From the NCBI GenBank assembly GCA_049647625.1, contig JBARYA010000186.1, positions 1-51,787 on the forward strand: a stretch of DNA of 51,787 nucleotides, given 5' to 3'. This document shows, in pieces, positions 23,749 to 33,129 of this stretch. The notes under the pieces were generated by a model. The model saw nothing but the letters and a program-made list of their open reading frames with translations. It searched no databases and was not told the DNA's origin. The stretch comes from Microbacteriaceae bacterium. GTDB lineage: Bacteria > Actinomycetota > Actinomycetes > Actinomycetales > Microbacteriaceae. The position numbers were made by a program, and so were the translations under genes. Numbering within the stretch: the stretch's first letter is position 1; every line of letters starts with the position of its first letter.

Positions 23749-25524
23749 ATGTCGCTCAACTCAGACCCACAGTTTCAGGTGAGACGACGCCAGCTTGTGG
23801 TGTTGTTCGCAGTTTTGGTTTTATGCCTGCCAATTATTTTTCGCTTGGTCGATTTCCAAGTTGTTCGGGCTGCGGATTTGAACCAAGAGGCATTGCAGCG
23901 GCGCTCAATTCCGGTGACGATCTATGGCACTCGGGGTAATATCTACGATGCTGATGGCAAAGTGATGGCGAGTTCGGTGATGCGTTATAACATCACCAGT
24001 TCTCCCCGTTTTGCAACCGAGAGTTTCAAGCGTGTGAGCGATGAGGGCGTGCGTGAAACGGTCAGTCGTGATCAGGCTATTACTGAGTTAGCCGAAGTGA
24101 CTGGTGTTTCGGCTGAATCGATTCGCGAAGCCCTGAACAAGAATCCCGAAAGTGACTTTGCTTTTCTTGCCCAGAATGTCGATGTTGAAGTACTTCGGGC
24201 TGTGCAGAATCTCGCAATTCCTTGGGTATATTCTGAACAGACTCCGGCACGAACGTATCCCAATGGGGCAGTTGCGGGTAATCTCATCGGCTTTATGTCG
24301 AAGGATGGGCCTGGCGCAGGAATAGAGCTGCTGCTCAATGAGACCTGCCTTGCACCGCAAAACGGTACCGAAACATATGAGCGCGGCCTAGACGGTGTGC
24401 GTATTCCTGGCTCTACCGTAGTGACTGAGCAGGTCAAAAATGGAGCGGATGTTCAGCTCACCATCAGCTCTGATTTGCAGTGGTACGCTCAGGAGGCCTT
24501 AGCCGCCGGCGCGCAAGATGCGAGGGCCGAGTGGGCGACAGCGATTGTTATTGAGGTTGAAACTGGAAAGATTCGTGCCGTAGCAGAGTATCCAACAGCC
24601 GATTCAAATAATCCCGGTGCGACCCATCCCGATACCTGGACTTCTCGCTCGTTTACCAGCCCATATGAGCCCGGTTCTACCATGAAGACCCTCACACTGG
24701 CAGCAGCGATGAGCGAGGGAGCAATTACCTCGACCACCGGTGTGACTGTTCCATGGCGGGTCAACTTTGGGAATGATATTGTGATTGGCGATTCCTTCCA
24801 GCACGGTGATACCAAATGGACCGCTGCCGGTGTTATGGCTCAATCTTCGAATATTGGTACCATATTCCTTTCACAGAATATCCCCTCGAGTGTGCGTTAT
24901 GACTATATGGTGAAGACCGGTTTCGGCAGCAAAACCGGAGTCAACTTCTTAGGTGAATCACGGGGTATTTTCAATGGTCCCGGCAAGTGGGATAAGCACA
25001 CTGAGCTGGCAACGAACTATGGTCAGGGTATTTCTGTCACAGCCATGCAGATGGCCGCCAGCTATCAGGTGATTGGCAATGATGGCAAGAAGATTCCGCT
25101 GTCACTGGTTGAAGGCTGCTCCTGGGAAGATGGCACGGTCACTGATACCCCAGATTTGAGCGGTACAGAACAGGTCTTCACTCCGGCAGCAGCCCAAGCC
25201 GCACAGGACCTCCTTGAAACCACGGTGAATTCGAGCTGGTTGGAGCCACAACTTTCTATCGCCGGATACCGAGTTGGCGCAAAAACAGGAACTGCTCAGG
25301 TCGCCGAGAACGGCCGTTATGGTGATAAAGCGGTCACTTCGATCATTGGTATGGTTCCGATGGACAATCCAAAATACGTCGTAGCAGTCACTCTTGGATA
25401 TCCGGTCAATAAGAGCACACGCGCTGTCGCGCCGATCTTTCGCGATATTATGACTCAGGTGCTCAAAACCTATAAAATTGAGCCGTCTACCGAACCGGTA
25501 GTAAAGCTACCTACCACTTGGTAA
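23749..25524 (+). CDS. ftsI: Class B penicillin-binding protein / peptidoglycan D,D-transpeptidase FtsI
   Basis: Carries the STMK, SSN and KTGT motifs and an N-terminal TM anchor. The position in the dcw cluster fits. Confidence 0.93.
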   Translation: MSLNSDPQFQVRRRQLVVLFAVLVLCLPIIFRLVDFQVVRAADLNQEALQRRSIPVTIYGTRGNIYDADGKVMASSVMRYNITSSPRFATESFKRVSDEGVRETVSRDQAITELAEVTGVSAESIREALNKNPESDFAFLAQNVDVEVLRAVQNLAIPWVYSEQTPARTYPNGAVAGNLIGFMSKDGPGAGIELLLNETCLAPQNGTETYERGLDGVRIPGSTVVTEQVKNGADVQLTISSDLQWYAQEALAAGAQDARAEWATAIVIEVETGKIRAVAEYPTADSNNPGATHPDTWTSRSFTSPYEPGSTMKTLTLAAAMSEGAITSTTGVTVPWRVNFGNDIVIGDSFQHGDTKWTAAGVMAQSSNIGTIFLSQNIPSSVRYDYMVKTGFGSKTGVNFLGESRGIFNGPGKWDKHTELATNYGQGISVTAMQMAASYQVIGNDGKKIPLSLVEGCSWEDGTVTDTPDLSGTEQVFTPAAAQAAQDLLETTVNSSWLEPQLSIAGYRVGAKTGTAQVAENGRYGDKAVTSIIGMVPMDNPKYVVAVTLGYPVNKSTRAVAPIFRDIMTQVLKTYKIEPSTEPVVKLPTTW

Positions 25525-25541
25525 GTCAAAGATTTGTGAGA

Positions 25542-27107
25542 ATGTCGAAGAGTTTAGATTTTCGCCCCATCGGGGTACCTGAGATTCGCTTATCTCAGCT
25601 CGCCGAAGCCCTCGGTGGCACGGTACATAATACGGATTCAGACCCGCAAATTCGGGGGATAAGCCTCGATAGTAAACAACTGCGCCCGGGTGATGTTTTC
25701 GCAGCACTGGCTGGCAAATTTCAGCACGGTGCTAAATATGCAGAACAAGCGTTGAGTGCCGAGGCCGTGGCAATTTTGACGGATGCTGAGGGTCTCGGTC
25801 ATATCCTTGACCAGGGGCTGGCCTTGCCGGTTCTTGTGGTGGAGCGTCCTCGCCTCGCTGCGGCGACAGCTGCGGAATTGCTGTATACCCGTGGAAAGAC
25901 TTTGCCCCAGCTTTTTGGCGTCACCGGAACCAATGGCAAGACCATGACAATGTATCTGCTCGATGAGATCGCGCGTTTGTGCGGTCAGAAAACTGCACTT
26001 TCCACCACTGCGGAACGTCGGATTGGCGATATAAACCTTGTTGGTGGTTTGACCACTCCGGAATCAACTGAATTACATGCCCTGATCGGGGTGATGGCCG
26101 AACAGAATGTGGATACAGCACTCATCGAGGTCAGCGCCCAAGCGGTCACGCATAATCGTCTCTTGGGGCAACATTTTTCGGTGATGTCATTTCTGAATCT
26201 CAGCCATGACCATCTCGATGATTACGCCAGTATGGAGGAGTACTATCGGGCGAAAGCACGGTTATTCCATAGCGATATTTCGGCAGCAGCGGTTATCTCA
26301 CTCGACACTGAATGGGGCGAACGGCTCTATGCTGAAACCCACATCCCCAAGCTCAGTATCGATTGGTCTGATTCGCCCCGAAATCCTGATTGGACGGTAG
26401 AAATCGTCTCGCAGGATCTCGAGCTCAGTGAACTGCTGTTATCGAATGCAAAGACCGGGGAGCAATTGAATGCCCGCGTAGAGCTTTTTGGCGAGCAAGT
26501 GCTTTTTGATACAGCTATTGCAATCCTGATGTTTTTGAGCGCTGGGGTGAACTTCGATCGCCTGAAGTCTGTTCTTGGAGAACACAGTATTCCATGGACC
26601 TCACCGGGCCGGATGGAAATTTTGCGTACTCCTCATGCCGGGGGCGTTGCGGGGCCAACGATGATTCTTGATTATGGTCACACCCCGGAAGCATTCACAC
26701 ACTCATTAAAGGCGATTAATTCTGTACATTCGGGCCCGGTCATCATGCTCTTTGGGGTCGATGGCGACCGAGACACCACCAAGAGGGCTGCTATGGCTGA
26801 GAATGCGGCAGCGCAGAGCGACATTGTGATCATTACCGATTACAACCCTCGCTTCGAGGATCCGGGGGCTATCCGAGGTGTGCTTCTTGAAGCCATCAAG
26901 AGCACGTATCCCGAGCGTGAATTGCACGAGGAAGCTGATCCTGCAAGTGCAATACGCCTCGCAATTCGCCTTGCTGGGGATAATGGATTGATTTTCTGGG
27001 CAGGTCCGGGCCACGAGGACTATCGTGAAGTGCAGGGGCAACGGTTGGACTATTCATCACGAGAAGATTCTTTAGCGGCGCTAGCCGAGGCAGGTTGGCT
27101 ACCATGA
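25542..27107 (+). CDS. murE: UDP-N-acetylmuramoyl-L-alanyl-D-glutamate--diamino acid ligase MurE
   Basis: P-loop VTGTNGKTMT, all three Mur-ligase domains, and a C-terminal DGDRD block. The amino-acid specificity motif reads DYNPR. The ATG at 25542 is preferred over the TTG at 25518. Confidence 0.9.
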   Translation: MSKSLDFRPIGVPEIRLSQLAEALGGTVHNTDSDPQIRGISLDSKQLRPGDVFAALAGKFQHGAKYAEQALSAEAVAILTDAEGLGHILDQGLALPVLVVERPRLAAATAAELLYTRGKTLPQLFGVTGTNGKTMTMYLLDEIARLCGQKTALSTTAERRIGDINLVGGLTTPESTELHALIGVMAEQNVDTALIEVSAQAVTHNRLLGQHFSVMSFLNLSHDHLDDYASMEEYYRAKARLFHSDISAAAVISLDTEWGERLYAETHIPKLSIDWSDSPRNPDWTVEIVSQDLELSELLLSNAKTGEQLNARVELFGEQVLFDTAIAILMFLSAGVNFDRLKSVLGEHSIPWTSPGRMEILRTPHAGGVAGPTMILDYGHTPEAFTHSLKAINSVHSGPVIMLFGVDGDRDTTKRAAMAENAAAQSDIVIITDYNPRFEDPGAIRGVLLEAIKSTYPERELHEEADPASAIRLAIRLAGDNGLIFWAGPGHEDYREVQGQRLDYSSREDSLAALAEAGWLP

Positions 27108-28546
27108 TTGCAATGACACTGGCTGAGATTGCGGAGGCCGTGCAAGGCACCGTAGTTGATTCGCATTCCGAAAGCACCGTGGTATCCGGTGTCGTCCAAA
27201 CCGATTCCCGTCTCGTGAGCGCCGGGGACATTTTTTTTGCTCTGCGCGGGGCTGAAGCAGACGGTCACGATTTTGCGCCGGGTGCGGCGAGCCGAGGCGC
27301 AGCATTGCTCATTGTTGAGCGAGAACTGACCGAGCTCACTCAGGCACAGATTGTCGTCAGTGATGGCTTGGTGGCTCTGGCCGCCCTAGCAAAAAATGTG
27401 TTGGCAAGAGTTCGCGCAAAAGGCCAGGTCCGCGTCGTGGCGGTTACCGGTTCAAACGGCAAGACAACCACAAAAAACATGTTGCAGCAGATGCTTGAGG
27501 TCTTTGGGGAAACAGTTTCACCAATCGAGTCGTTCAACAACGAGGTTGGGATGCCAATCTCAGTTCTCAAAGTTACCGATACCACTGAATTCTTGGTGGT
27601 TGAGATGGGTGCCAGCGCGCGGGGTGAAATTGCCAGCATGGTAGACATCGCACCACCGGATGTGGCCCTGGTCTTGAAAGTTGGATTGGCACATCTCGGA
27701 GATTTTGGCGACATTCGCGATACCCAACAGGCGAAGGCCGAAATGGTTCGTAGCTTGCCACAGAGTTCAACAGCAATCCTCAACCTCGATGATGCGATGG
27801 TTCGTGAAATGGCTGATTGGACCGAGGCCGAAGTTCGCTTCTTCAGCCTGAACAACCCGGCTGCCGATGCGCATACCACCACAATCGATAGCGGAATCTG
27901 GGGAACCCGGTTCGGGCTCGAGCTGAAACCACATCCTGAACGAGAAGTTTCATTACAGATTTTGGGTGAGCACCATGTCTACAATGCTTTGGCCGCACTC
28001 CTCGCTGTTGAAGCGCTCGGTCTGGATCTTCCAAAGGCAATTGATGCGCTCGGAAAGATGACTCGTGCAGAACGTTGGCGCATGGAAAAGTTTGTTTTGC
28101 CAAATGGTGCCATCGTAATCAATGATGCCTATAACGCCAGCCCTGATTCCGCCGCCGCCGCACTCAAAACCTTGGCAATCCTTGCCCGTCAAGAGGGACG
28201 TCGTGCCGTCGCCGTTTTCGGCGAAATGGCAGATCTCGGTGAAGCGAGCTGGCAGGAGCACAAAGACCTCGGTATTTTAGCGGTTCGTCTCAATATTTCG
28301 CAGCTCTATGTTGTTGGTGAGGGGGCGAAGATGTTGCACAACTCCACCAGTTTTGAGGGGTCCTGGGATGGTGAATCGATTTACTGTGAAACCATCGAGG
28401 AGTGTGAAGCGTTGCTCCAGGATGCTATCCAGGCAAATGACATGGTTCTTTTTAAGTCGAGTAAATCCGCCAATATCCGCTTCCTCGGTGACAGAATTAC
28501 AGGAGTAGCTCTTGACGGTTCTCGAGCACAGGAGGAGAGCTTGTGA
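27104..28546 (+). CDS. murF: UDP-N-acetylmuramoyl-tripeptide--D-alanyl-D-alanine ligase
   Basis: P-loop VTGSNGKTTTKNML. The ATG at 27104 overlaps the murE stop in an ATGA. Confidence 0.92.
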   Translation: MIAMTLAEIAEAVQGTVVDSHSESTVVSGVVQTDSRLVSAGDIFFALRGAEADGHDFAPGAASRGAALLIVERELTELTQAQIVVSDGLVALAALAKNVLARVRAKGQVRVVAVTGSNGKTTTKNMLQQMLEVFGETVSPIESFNNEVGMPISVLKVTDTTEFLVVEMGASARGEIASMVDIAPPDVALVLKVGLAHLGDFGDIRDTQQAKAEMVRSLPQSSTAILNLDDAMVREMADWTEAEVRFFSLNNPAADAHTTTIDSGIWGTRFGLELKPHPEREVSLQILGEHHVYNALAALLAVEALGLDLPKAIDALGKMTRAERWRMEKFVLPNGAIVINDAYNASPDSAAAALKTLAILARQEGRRAVAVFGEMADLGEASWQEHKDLGILAVRLNISQLYVVGEGAKMLHNSTSFEGSWDGESIYCETIEECEALLQDAIQANDMVLFKSSKSANIRFLGDRITGVALDGSRAQEESL

Positions 28547-29640
28547 TTGCCCTGATTTTTGCTGGCGCATTTGGCCTCGCTTTTTCCCTCTTTCTGACGC
28601 CGGTGTTTGCCAAGATGTTCCGCAGGATGAACCTGGGGCAATATATCCGGGCGGATACTCCAACCTCGCACCAGCTGAAACGTGGCACCCCGAGTATGGG
28701 CGGCGTGGTATTCATCGCTGCAGCCACCCTCGGCTACTTCCTGGCCAAACTCCTCAGCCAACAGCTGCCAAGCGTGCCGGCTCTTCTGGTCATTATGATG
28801 ATGGTAGGCCTCGGGCTTATCGGCTTCTTAGACGATTGGTTGAAAGTACGTCGCAGCAATAGCCTAGGGCTGAACCACTGGTTCAAGATTCTGGGCCAAT
28901 TGATTGTTGGGGCCGCTTTTGCGATTCTGGCTCTCGGCTATCAAGACAGCAATGGAACCACTGCCGCAACCACGGCGATTTCGCTCTTCCGCGATTTAGA
29001 CTTCGATTTTGTTGTCACCTTTGGCGTTGTCTTGGGAATTGCGCTCTTCGTGGTGTGGATTGTTTTGCTCACCGTTTCTGTTTCCAATGCGGTGAACCTT
29101 ACCGATGGACTTGATGGTCTGGCCGGTGGGGCCTCAATCTTTGCTATTGGCTCTTACATCATTATTGGTTTTTGGCAGGCGAATCAGTCCTGCTTCAATG
29201 TGAATCTCGATCCGGCAGTGATGGAGAAGTGTTATATCGTCTCTAGCCCGCTCGATTTGGCTGTTATTGCAGCGGCAATTGTTGGCGCCCTTGTTGGTTT
29301 CCTCTGGTGGAACACTTCGCCAGCACAAATCATGATGGGAGATACCGGGGCACTCGGTCTTGGTGGGGCACTCACCGCACTGGCTGTAATGAGCCGCACC
29401 GAGCTGCTTCTCGTTCTTCTTGGTGGCCTTTTCGTCTGGATCACCATGACGGTCATTATCCAGCGTATTTATTTCAAAGCGACCAAGGGCAAGCGCATTT
29501 GGTTGAGCACCCCGATTCACCATCACTTTGAGCTGAAGGGGTGGCAGGAAGTCACAATTGTGGTGCGCTTCTGGATTATTCAGGGCATGTGTGTGGCTTT
29601 GGGCGTGGGGCTGTTCTATCTCGAGTGGACATCCATCTAA
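28543..29640 (+). CDS. mraY: Phospho-N-acetylmuramoyl-pentapeptide transferase
   Basis: Carries NLTDGLDGLA and GDTGALGLGG motifs in a polytopic protein. The start overlaps the murF stop in a GTGA. Confidence 0.95.
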   Translation: MIALIFAGAFGLAFSLFLTPVFAKMFRRMNLGQYIRADTPTSHQLKRGTPSMGGVVFIAAATLGYFLAKLLSQQLPSVPALLVIMMMVGLGLIGFLDDWLKVRRSNSLGLNHWFKILGQLIVGAAFAILALGYQDSNGTTAATTAISLFRDLDFDFVVTFGVVLGIALFVVWIVLLTVSVSNAVNLTDGLDGLAGGASIFAIGSYIIIGFWQANQSCFNVNLDPAVMEKCYIVSSPLDLAVIAAAIVGALVGFLWWNTSPAQIMMGDTGALGLGGALTALAVMSRTELLLVLLGGLFVWITMTVIIQRIYFKATKGKRIWLSTPIHHHFELKGWQEVTIVVRFWIIQGMCVALGVGLFYLEWTSI

Positions 29641-30669
29641 GTGGCAGAGTCAGATCAATCATTGCCGCTTGGCACCAGTAGAGAATTTTGGAAGAATCGC
29701 CGAGTTCTTATCCTGGGTGCGGGGGATACTGCATTCAGCGCTGCAGATACCCTGGCAGAATTGCAAGCCGAACTTTTGGTAGTAGCACTCAGTGCGAACC
29801 CTGATTTATTGCCACTATTCCAAGTGATTGGTGCTGATCCTCGTCTGGGTTTGAGTGAAGATGAAATGCTCGAGGCGGCACTCGAATTCAATCCAGAATT
29901 TATTATTGCCTCGCCAAGTTTCTCGCCCGAGCATCCGGTTCTCACACATTTTGTTTCACATGCAGACACAGAAGTGCTCTCTGAAGCAGAGTTGGCCTGG
30001 CGACTTCGGGCCGTGTTTTCAGAACACCCCGCAGAGTGGATTACTCTGAGCGGAGAACACGCACGGAGGGTTGCCGAACTTGCCGAGAATATGCTCTCGA
30101 CTGCAGGGATTGCCGCCATCCGCCTTGGTTTTGGCTCGGCTCCGGTACTTGATGGAATTAGAAATCCCGAGAAGTTTGACTATTTTCTGATCGTGTTGAG
30201 CCCTGAGCAATTACACTTTCAGCACAGGGTTCAGCCTTTGATGAGTCTCTTCCTATCGCCAGATGTTCAGCCGAGTTGGCATGAGGATGCAGCTGCTCGT
30301 CTCGTTGACCAGGGCAAGATTTTTTCGAATACGCAAAAATTTGCACTCTACAACCGATCTGATGAACTGGCTGAAATTCTATTGCGGGAGGCAGATGTTA
30401 TCGACGGCTGCCGAGCCATTGGATTTTGGTTGGCAAGCCCCGGCCCGGGGGATCTTGGCGTGGTTGAAGAGTTGGTTGTTGATCGTGCCTACCTCGAGGA
30501 CCGCCGAAATTCTGCCCTAGAAATCAGTACCCTGGATGAACTTCAGCGTGCGGGTTTTGAAGGACAAGAGCAGTTTGAAATATTTTTGGCTGCCGCCGCC
30601 CTGGTACGAGGTCTCGGGGTTACACCAGAAGAAATCACACTATTTTTGAGCCAACGCTCAGCTTTCTAA
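29641..30669 (+). CDS. MurD-like Mur-ligase homolog lacking catalytic motifs and the C-terminal domain (pseudoenzyme or decaying gene)
   Basis: It sits in the murD slot between mraY and ftsW. MurD-like blocks are retained (VLILGAGDTAFSAA, IIASPSFSPEHPVL, SEAELAWRL, VVDRAY). The P-loop position reads ITLSGEHARR instead of GTNGKT. The ORF is 342 aa, against roughly 450-500 aa for MurD. The GTG start immediately follows the mraY stop. Confidence 0.7.
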   Translation: MAESDQSLPLGTSREFWKNRRVLILGAGDTAFSAADTLAELQAELLVVALSANPDLLPLFQVIGADPRLGLSEDEMLEAALEFNPEFIIASPSFSPEHPVLTHFVSHADTEVLSEAELAWRLRAVFSEHPAEWITLSGEHARRVAELAENMLSTAGIAAIRLGFGSAPVLDGIRNPEKFDYFLIVLSPEQLHFQHRVQPLMSLFLSPDVQPSWHEDAAARLVDQGKIFSNTQKFALYNRSDELAEILLREADVIDGCRAIGFWLASPGPGDLGVVEELVVDRAYLEDRRNSALEISTLDELQRAGFEGQEQFEIFLAAAALVRGLGVTPEEITLFLSQRSAF

Positions 30670-30816
30670 GAAATATCCCTCATTAATGTGGCTTTCAAGC
30701 TTCACGTTAAGGTTTAGGGAGTGTCATTATCGATTTCTGCGAGAAATCAGCGAACAATTGAAGTGTTCGAAAATATGCCAGGTACGGCTACAGGATTTTA
30801 AAGAGAGGAATGATCT

Positions 30817-32007
30817 ATGACGCAAACCCTGCGACAGAATGCCTCCCTCTCTGAAAATCCCAGAACCAGGGTTCGTGTCAAAGCACTGTTCAGCGTAGAG
30901 CATCGGAACTATTTTTTCCTTCTTGGCGTTGTCATTCTGCTTATCCTTTTCGGCACCATTATGGTCTTTTCGTCATCATCGGTTTCAGACTTTGCCAGCA
31001 CCGGAAATGCCTTCACTGGGCTAATCAGTCAGGGACGCTTCGTCATCATTGGTATCCCCATCATGCTCCTCGCATCCCGCATGCCAATTATTTTTTGGAA
31101 AAAATGGGCACTGGTCATTTTGGGTGGAGCCTGTGCCTTCCAGTTGCTCATTTTGACGACCCATATGGGCTCTGCAACCGGTGGTAATCTCAACTGGGTA
31201 ACCATTGCGGGGGTGACCTTTCAACCCTCGGAGTTGATTAAGGTCGGTATTGCTTTATGGCTAGCACTCTCCTTTACCCGATTGAATGCACAAACTAGCG
31301 ATTGGCGCCGGATGATAGGCCCAATCGTTCTGGTTCCGGGTGCTGCAATTGGACTGGTCATGCTGGGCTGGGATCTCGGCACCTCGCTCATTCTTGGTTT
31401 GATTCTCTTCGCCGGAGCGTATTTTGCCGGAGTGAAATTACGCTACCTTGCTGTTTCCGCGGTGATTGCCGGCATTGCCGTTTTTCTGATGGTGATCTCG
31501 AGTACTTCACGTATGCAGAGAATCATGGCATTCGCTGATAAAGGCGGTTGTATTGACTATGAGGGGAGCTGCTGGCAGGTAACACATGCGAGTTATGCTC
31601 TCTCGGCCGGAAATATTTTTGGAGTTGGGCTCGGGAACTCAAAGGCGAAGTGGAATTGGTTACCGACGGCCGAAAACGATTTCATCTTCGCAATTATCGG
31701 CGAGGAGCTTGGCCTAGCCGGTGCGATAACCGTTATTGCTCTCTTTGTGCTGTTGGCTATTGCGCTTATCCGGGTCATTGATGCGAATAAGTCTGACCCC
31801 TTTATCCGGGTCTTTACCGGTTCTGTACTGGTTTGGCTTGTTGGGCAAGCATTCATCAATATTGCCGTTGTACTGCAATTGGCGCCGGTGCTCGGGGTTC
31901 CACTTCCGTTTATTTCTGCCGGTGGATCCTCCCTGATAGCGACAATGATAGCCATCGGTATTGTGCTCTCATTTAGCAAATCCGGAAAAGACGTGGTTCA
32001 ACTATGA
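30817..32007 (+). CDS. ftsW: SEDS-family peptidoglycan glycosyltransferase FtsW
   Basis: About 10 TM segments, SEDS motifs (QPSELIKV, NDFIFAIIGEELG, PFISAGGSS), and the expected dcw position. Confidence 0.92.
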   Translation: MTQTLRQNASLSENPRTRVRVKALFSVEHRNYFFLLGVVILLILFGTIMVFSSSSVSDFASTGNAFTGLISQGRFVIIGIPIMLLASRMPIIFWKKWALVILGGACAFQLLILTTHMGSATGGNLNWVTIAGVTFQPSELIKVGIALWLALSFTRLNAQTSDWRRMIGPIVLVPGAAIGLVMLGWDLGTSLILGLILFAGAYFAGVKLRYLAVSAVIAGIAVFLMVISSTSRMQRIMAFADKGGCIDYEGSCWQVTHASYALSAGNIFGVGLGNSKAKWNWLPTAENDFIFAIIGEELGLAGAITVIALFVLLAIALIRVIDANKSDPFIRVFTGSVLVWLVGQAFINIAVVLQLAPVLGVPLPFISAGGSSLIATMIAIGIVLSFSKSGKDVVQL

Positions 32008-33086
32008 CCCGATATCTCCTCGCAGGCGGAGGTACCGCTGGACATGTCAATCCGCTGCTTGCAGTAGCCGATACGATCCGCCGCAGAGAGCCAGAATCGA
32101 CAATCCTGATTCTGGGAACCGAAGAAGGGCTTGAAGCACGATTGGTGCCGGAACGCGGTTATCAATTGCTGACCGTGCCGAAGGTGCCATTTCCGAGGCG
32201 TCCGGGACCTGAGCTTCTGACTTTCTTACCAAAGCTCCGCCGTGCAATTCGCCGTTCTGTAGCCCTCATGCGCAAACATGAAATTGATATTGTGGTGGGA
32301 TTCGGCGGATTCGCTTCTGCCCCCGCCTATCTGGCTGCGAAAAAGCTCGGTCTTCCTTTGGTTATCCATGAAGCAAATATTAAGCCCGGGATGGCAAACA
32401 AACTTGGTGCGAGGTATACCCAGTATTTGGGGGTCTCGTTTGCAGAAACCCGTTTTGGTAACGCCCGATTGATCGGTACCCCACTGAGGTCTGAGCTCGA
32501 AAACTTTGATCGTGAACAACTCCGTGTTGAGGCGCGTTCTTTCTTCGATTTGGGGAAGCGGAAGACCCTGTTAGTGACCGGTGGCTCTCAGGGCGCCCTC
32601 AGAATCAATCAAACTATTGAGCAACGGCTTGCAGCCATTATTGATCAGGGCTATCAAATCATCCATCTCATCGGTGGGAAAAATACCGCAGCAGATTTCA
32701 AACACGAGTGGTATCGTCCGTTGAATTATCTCGATCGGATGGAGCTGGCCTTGGCCCTGGCGGATCTCGCGATCGCTCGCGCCGGAGCAACAACAGTTTC
32801 AGAGTTCGCAGCAATCGGTCTACCGGCTGTTTTTGTACCATTGCCACACGGGAATGGTGAACAAAGACTCAACGCCAGAGAGATGATTGAGACGGGAGGC
32901 GCAATTGCGGTTGAGAACTCAGAGTTCACCCCAGAATGGATTGACCGAGAACTGTTGCCCTTGCTCAGGGATGATAATCGTTTAAGCAAGATGCATGCTG
33001 CTGCCCAAAATATTGGCATCCCAGATGGCGCGAGCCGAATGTTTGACCTCATCCAGGATGCTTTGCACGCTCGTCCCATCCAATGA
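32004..33086 (+). CDS. murG: UDP-GlcNAc--lipid I N-acetylglucosamine transferase
   Basis: GGGTAGHVNP motif and a GT28 fold. The start overlaps the ftsW stop in an ATGA. Confidence 0.93.
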   Translation: MTRYLLAGGGTAGHVNPLLAVADTIRRREPESTILILGTEEGLEARLVPERGYQLLTVPKVPFPRRPGPELLTFLPKLRRAIRRSVALMRKHEIDIVVGFGGFASAPAYLAAKKLGLPLVIHEANIKPGMANKLGARYTQYLGVSFAETRFGNARLIGTPLRSELENFDREQLRVEARSFFDLGKRKTLLVTGGSQGALRINQTIEQRLAAIIDQGYQIIHLIGGKNTAADFKHEWYRPLNYLDRMELALALADLAIARAGATTVSEFAAIGLPAVFVPLPHGNGEQRLNAREMIETGGAIAVENSEFTPEWIDRELLPLLRDDNRLSKMHAAAQNIGIPDGASRMFDLIQDALHARPIQ

Positions 33087-33129
33087 CCAGCACACGATGC
33101 GAGAATAGAACGACGAGAAAGGTTTTTCG

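Noticed and set aside
30670-30816. A search for a frameshifted remnant of the MurD C-terminal domain in the spacer before ftsW.
   Set aside because: All three forward frames contain multiple stops, and 147 bp is too short for the domain. Only a small hairpin (GATTTCT-gcg-AGAAATC, 30732-30748) and the ftsW SD are evident.
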